Source: a virus
Virus record (IMG/VR): IMGVR_UViG_3300003690_003155
Location: 1 to 64,000 of that record
Reading direction: 5' to 3' (one strand)
Length of the DNA stretch: 64,000 nucleotides
A program made the translations under genes and the position numbers. Positions 60,215 to 64,000 of the stretch are shown here, piece by piece. The notes beneath the pieces were generated by a model, which worked only from the letters and a program-made list of their open reading frames with translations, did no database searches and was not told where the DNA came from. Position 1 is the stretch's first letter. Each line of letters starts with the position of its first letter.

Positions 60215-60945
60215 TAATTTTTATAACTAGTACTAATGAATGTAAGTTTACTATTTTCAAGCTCCAGTTTCATCATAAGCATTTTATATTCATGATTTAT
60301 ATGTATAATAGCTTCAGTAAAACTCAATGTAGATATAAGTCTAAATAATTCTATATCTAAAATTAATTCATAATCCAAGTCGTCTCCGCTATATTTATCT
60401 GCTAATAAGGTTGTATAACTATCTACGTTTTGTAGTTTTTTATCTGATAGCTCGGCATATACATTTGTATTTTCAGTTTTAATATATACCTTACTTGATT
60501 CAGTTACAAAAGGCAGTGCTTTTAATATTGAATTATTTTTTTCTCTTGTTAATTTAAAATTAGTACCGAATGTGATATTGTCTATTTTATTAAAATCAAA
60601 TGCACTGGTATTAGTTAGACTATCATCAAATAAATGATATGTAAATCTGTTAATATTACTATTATATTTTATGCAATTTTCTTTTATTTCAAGACGTATA
60701 TCATCTTCATCTAAGCAGGATAGGATTTTAGTTAATTTTATTGTATCTGGTAGACATATTGTACCCTCTTCAGGGTGATCATCCCACCTGACTTTATATT
60801 CTGCTTTAAGAAAAATATTAGAATTATTATGTACTATAGTAGATATAGTATCACGTATATCTAATGTCGCAGATGAGTTTAATCTCGATATTGGATTAAG
60901 AAAATTTTGAATAAAATTATCTTTATTCTTTATTGGTAGAATCAT
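60214..60945 (-). CDS. putative sliding clamp (gp45-like)
   Basis: 243 aa, two-domain clamp-like pattern, replication operon; weak similarity only. Confidence 0.5.
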   Translation of the reverse strand: MILPIKNKDNFIQNFLNPISRLNSSATLDIRDTISTIVHNNSNIFLKAEYKVRWDDHPEEGTICLPDTIKLTKILSCLDEDDIRLEIKENCIKYNSNINRFTYHLFDDSLTNTSAFDFNKIDNITFGTNFKLTREKNNSILKALPFVTESSKVYIKTENTNVYAELSDKKLQNVDSYTTLLADKYSGDDLDYELILDIELFRLISTLSFTEAIIHINHEYKMLMMKLELENSKLTFISTSYKN

Positions 60946-61300
60946 TGTTTAATTTGATCCGGATATTAATTTCTTTTGCGTTTCTCGCAACTTGTCTTTC
61001 AATTAAGTTTACAAATTTAGTGATTTGCTTTTCAACAGAAGATACCCGCTCTATTAAGGTATTTAATAGAGCAGGATCTGTGTTAATTTGAGGCTGTGGT
61101 ACAGCTCGTACGACGTTGGTCTGTGGCGGTGGCGCAGCTTGTAGTCGCGGGTCAGGTTGTGGTCTTTCCTGTCCATAAATATCCTTAGATAAAGGTATAT
61201 CTTGCATAGTAGCGCTTTTTTGTACAATACCTTTATTTAGTTTAAAGGCTTGCGAATTTAATCCATGCACAAACGATTTTATCTCATCATCTGGGTTCAT
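60923..61300 (-). CDS. hypothetical protein
   Basis: ORF. Confidence 0.55.
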   Translation of the reverse strand: MNPDDEIKSFVHGLNSQAFKLNKGIVQKSATMQDIPLSKDIYGQERPQPDPRLQAAPPPQTNVVRAVPQPQINTDPALLNTLIERVSSVEKQITKFVNLIERQVARNAKEINIRIKLNNDSTNKE

Positions 61301-61303
61301 TTA

Positions 61304-62161
61304 TTAGTCCAAACTATCAAGTAATTCCTTTACTTTATTATCATCAACCACGGTTTCGGAATCTTTTTTATCTGATGTGTCCAAATCATCAAAATTTAAA
61401 TCATCTTCTTCCTCATCGGAGGAAGCAGTTGTTGATTCTTTTGTCATATCTCCTGTTACAGATTCTTCAGTCTGACCATGAAAATGTTCATTGAGCATTG
61501 TTTGCAATTCATCGTAACTTTTGACAGGAAATACATTTTCAAGATCAATTGTATTGTCGTAAATATCTTTAATATTATCAGTTTCCACGCCTGTGATTTT
61601 CGAAGGAGTTTGAAACCGAGAGCTAACATATGTTGGATATCCGCCCTGTTCTTCTACTTTGACTCTAAAATTACATCCATCTTTCGAAAGATCAAAAATA
61701 CGTTCACCAAATTCATCAGCGTCATCTCCCTCCATTGCCTCCATTACAATTTTATGTAATTGACGACCAAATCGAAGAATTTTTACCTTACCTTCATTTT
61801 CAGGATTATCAGGATCCTTTACTACATAAACGTTAACGAGCCAATTTTCCTTACGGTTTAAAGCTTTTGACTTTTCTTTTTCTTCTTCAGAACCAGTACG
61901 AGAGAGTCTATACCGAGCCTCTGCAATAGGATCTCTTTCTCCCCATGTCTGTGGACTAATCGCACTTTGATATTGCCCGGTCATTTCACTAACCCATCCA
62001 TGTGAGTAATAATGAAAAAACGTCTTACTAGGGTCTTTTACAAAAGGCACTAAACGTAGTGTATATGTATTACCCGGTTTTAGCCGCATAATATTACTTG
62101 TATTCTGTTGTGCGGTTTGCGCCATCGCACCCTTAATTGATTCAAACATATTCGTTGTCAT
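61304..62161 (-). CDS. gp32: single-stranded DNA-binding protein (gp32-like)
   Basis: NVYVVKDPDNPENEGKVKILRFG...GCNFRVK...YVSSRF; acidic tail. Confidence 0.88.
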   Translation of the reverse strand: MTTNMFESIKGAMAQTAQQNTSNIMRLKPGNTYTLRLVPFVKDPSKTFFHYYSHGWVSEMTGQYQSAISPQTWGERDPIAEARYRLSRTGSEEEKEKSKALNRKENWLVNVYVVKDPDNPENEGKVKILRFGRQLHKIVMEAMEGDDADEFGERIFDLSKDGCNFRVKVEEQGGYPTYVSSRFQTPSKITGVETDNIKDIYDNTIDLENVFPVKSYDELQTMLNEHFHGQTEESVTGDMTKESTTASSDEEEDDLNFDDLDTSDKKDSETVVDDNKVKELLDSLD

Positions 62162-62799
62162 TTTCTTTTTAATATTTTATTTATAGTTTTAGTTAATTTT
62201 ATTCCCAATGGTTTGAGTTTCTCCGAAAATGTATATCGCGATCTCAAACTACTTAACGTATTATAAAAGCTATCACATACAAATTCAACTATATTTTTTT
62301 CGAGATTAATATTTTTTTCTGATACATCTAGAACCAACAAACAATAATAACTAATATCATCTTTTTTTAGATCTAAAATAAAATCAGGATATATGCCTTT
62401 TTGGATATTTAAATATTCTCTACAATTTGTTAGTTTATGCTCTACACACTTATCATAGATGAATTTAAAGCTGTTTCTTAGTCTAGTAATATTAAATTGA
62501 TCATCAGGCATAGTTAGTTCTATTTCTTTTATATATTTTTTATATATAGAAATAGCTCGAAATGTATTATAAAATTCAAACGGTACGTATTTCTCTGAAT
62601 GTAATTTATAAGGCGCACTAAAAAATAAATTCGGATCTATTTTTTTATTTTTTAATGTTATTGATATTTTTTTAAGTAATACGTATTTTTCATCGTCTAA
62701 ATTGTCGAATTTTTTTCGTGGTGTAAATCCTTTCTTATTTCTCGAAGTCTTAAGATATGTGTTGTATATATCCTGTTCAAACATTGACAATTTGATCAT
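62158..62799 (-). CDS. hypothetical protein (gp59 helicase-loader position)
   Basis: basic 213-aa protein just upstream of gp32; synteny only. Confidence 0.35.
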   Translation of the reverse strand: MIKLSMFEQDIYNTYLKTSRNKKGFTPRKKFDNLDDEKYVLLKKISITLKNKKIDPNLFFSAPYKLHSEKYVPFEFYNTFRAISIYKKYIKEIELTMPDDQFNITRLRNSFKFIYDKCVEHKLTNCREYLNIQKGIYPDFILDLKKDDISYYCLLVLDVSEKNINLEKNIVEFVCDSFYNTLSSLRSRYTFSEKLKPLGIKLTKTINKILKRK

Positions 62800-63074
62800 A
62801 GGTTTATAGAATTTTTCTTGAGGTACTTAGTGATGTATTTACTTTTATATAAATACGGGTCATGTTGTAAGAAAGTTCTTACTAATTGAAAATTACAATC
62901 TAACAATAATAATTCTTTAAATAATTGTCTATATTTTTTTTCTTTTAATACTAATAAAAATACATTTGCGAGATTAATTTTTCTATTTTCGCATATAGAG
63001 ACAAAACTACATAACATTAGAAAAGTATGTACAATATCTTTTTTTTCTAAAATTGTATACGGGGTTTCCATCAT
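62796..63074 (-). CDS. hypothetical protein
   Basis: ORF. Confidence 0.55.
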   Translation of the reverse strand: MMETPYTILEKKDIVHTFLMLCSFVSICENRKINLANVFLLVLKEKKYRQLFKELLLLDCNFQLVRTFLQHDPYLYKSKYITKYLKKNSINL

Positions 63075-63967
63075 TTTATATTTAACGGTTCAAACTGTTT
63101 ACTTAAAGTGAGTACATTATCATTTAATATTCCGCCGGCCGCATATTCATGACCTCCTCCATTACATATTTTTTTAGCGAATGTGCTTAGATTGAAATCT
63201 ATATTTCTTTTTCTCCGTAAATATACTCTATTATTTTTTAAATTAATCATCATGCAAACATCACATTTATATTCATCAACTATATATTGCCCTAAATCAT
63301 TGATATATTCATTTGCAAATGTACTGATAAAATTATAATCTTTACCTGATATGGAAAGTTTTGCTTGAAATAGCTTTATATTTTCTCTCATTTTTTTAAA
63401 CTTATAAAAATGATAACTAATTATTTTATTTTGTTCATTAGTAAATCCGAAAAAACCATTTTCAAAGTCATTAATAAAATTGTGTAATTTATCGCCATTC
63501 TTATACCAAAGTAAAAAATTTAACTTATTGCTTTCTGGGTATTTTAATTCATAGCAATCATAATCATCTGCAAAGGTGATTAGCTTTTTTTGTTCATTTG
63601 TTAGATTTATATTCGGATAAGCTTTATTAAGCATTTGATAAAGATGCTTACTACATGAAGTTTGATCTGTATTAATAAATGTCTTTGCATATGAATAATT
63701 ATTTTCATGAGATTTATGATGATCAAAAATTACTACATTTTTCTTATCTATTAAATCTTTAATCTCTGTAGTATCTAAATCAAAGAAATATACTTTTTTA
63801 TAATCTTCGATTTTGTTATAATTCAGCCAACCAAGTATTTTTTCACGTATATTAGAAACCTTTAATGTTACAGCTTTTGGCTTGGTTTGCTTAAACCAGG
63901 TATAAATTAAATAACTACAGCAACCATCAAGATCTAAATCTGTGAAAATTATTTCTTTATTAGACAT
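63071..63967 (-). CDS. DHH/DHHA1 phosphoesterase
   Basis: DLDLDG, FDL, FDHH, GGGHEYAAG. Confidence 0.88.
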   Translation of the reverse strand: MSNKEIIFTDLDLDGCCSYLIYTWFKQTKPKAVTLKVSNIREKILGWLNYNKIEDYKKVYFFDLDTTEIKDLIDKKNVVIFDHHKSHENNYSYAKTFINTDQTSCSKHLYQMLNKAYPNINLTNEQKKLITFADDYDCYELKYPESNKLNFLLWYKNGDKLHNFINDFENGFFGFTNEQNKIISYHFYKFKKMRENIKLFQAKLSISGKDYNFISTFANEYINDLGQYIVDEYKCDVCMMINLKNNRVYLRRKRNIDFNLSTFAKKICNGGGHEYAAGGILNDNVLTLSKQFEPLNIK

Positions 63968-64000
63968 TGTATATATTTACATTACTCTTCCGAATTGTAC

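Noticed and set aside
16768-61759. Short opposite-strand ORFs within structural and replication genes (e.g. 20995, 38806-39921, 41916, 44982, 45585, 61478)
   Set aside because: Fully nested antisense to well-supported genes.
1-64000. Alternative genetic code (stop-codon reassignment)
   Set aside because: Core genes are full length in the standard code, and TAA, TAG and TGA all end genes at sensible positions.

Overview
64 kb of a large T4-like myophage genome, read in the standard genetic code. Recognisable core genes: terminase large subunit, tail sheath and tube, baseplate gp6/gp25/gp53, clamp loader, primase, RNase H, gp32 and dUTPase. It also carries dTDP-rhamnose and glycosylation genes, a glutaredoxin + SufT pair and a tRNA-Cys. 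1-6.2 kb is an array of unknown acidic proteins that share a short N-terminal leader, suggestive of capsid-packaged internal proteins. 7.7-14.7 kb is an early-type region of small genes, many with their own sigma70-type promoter. The most unusual signal is a three-gene operon at about 9.7-10.5 kb whose coding strand is almost free of cytosine (2 C in 649 nt by manual count). Its proteins appear to be C-free versions of domains that also occur inside late proteins elsewhere in the window. An unannotated ArfA-like micro-ORF, a frameshifted gp53 and widespread near-leaderless promoters were also found. All product calls come from motif recognition and gene order, not from database searches.
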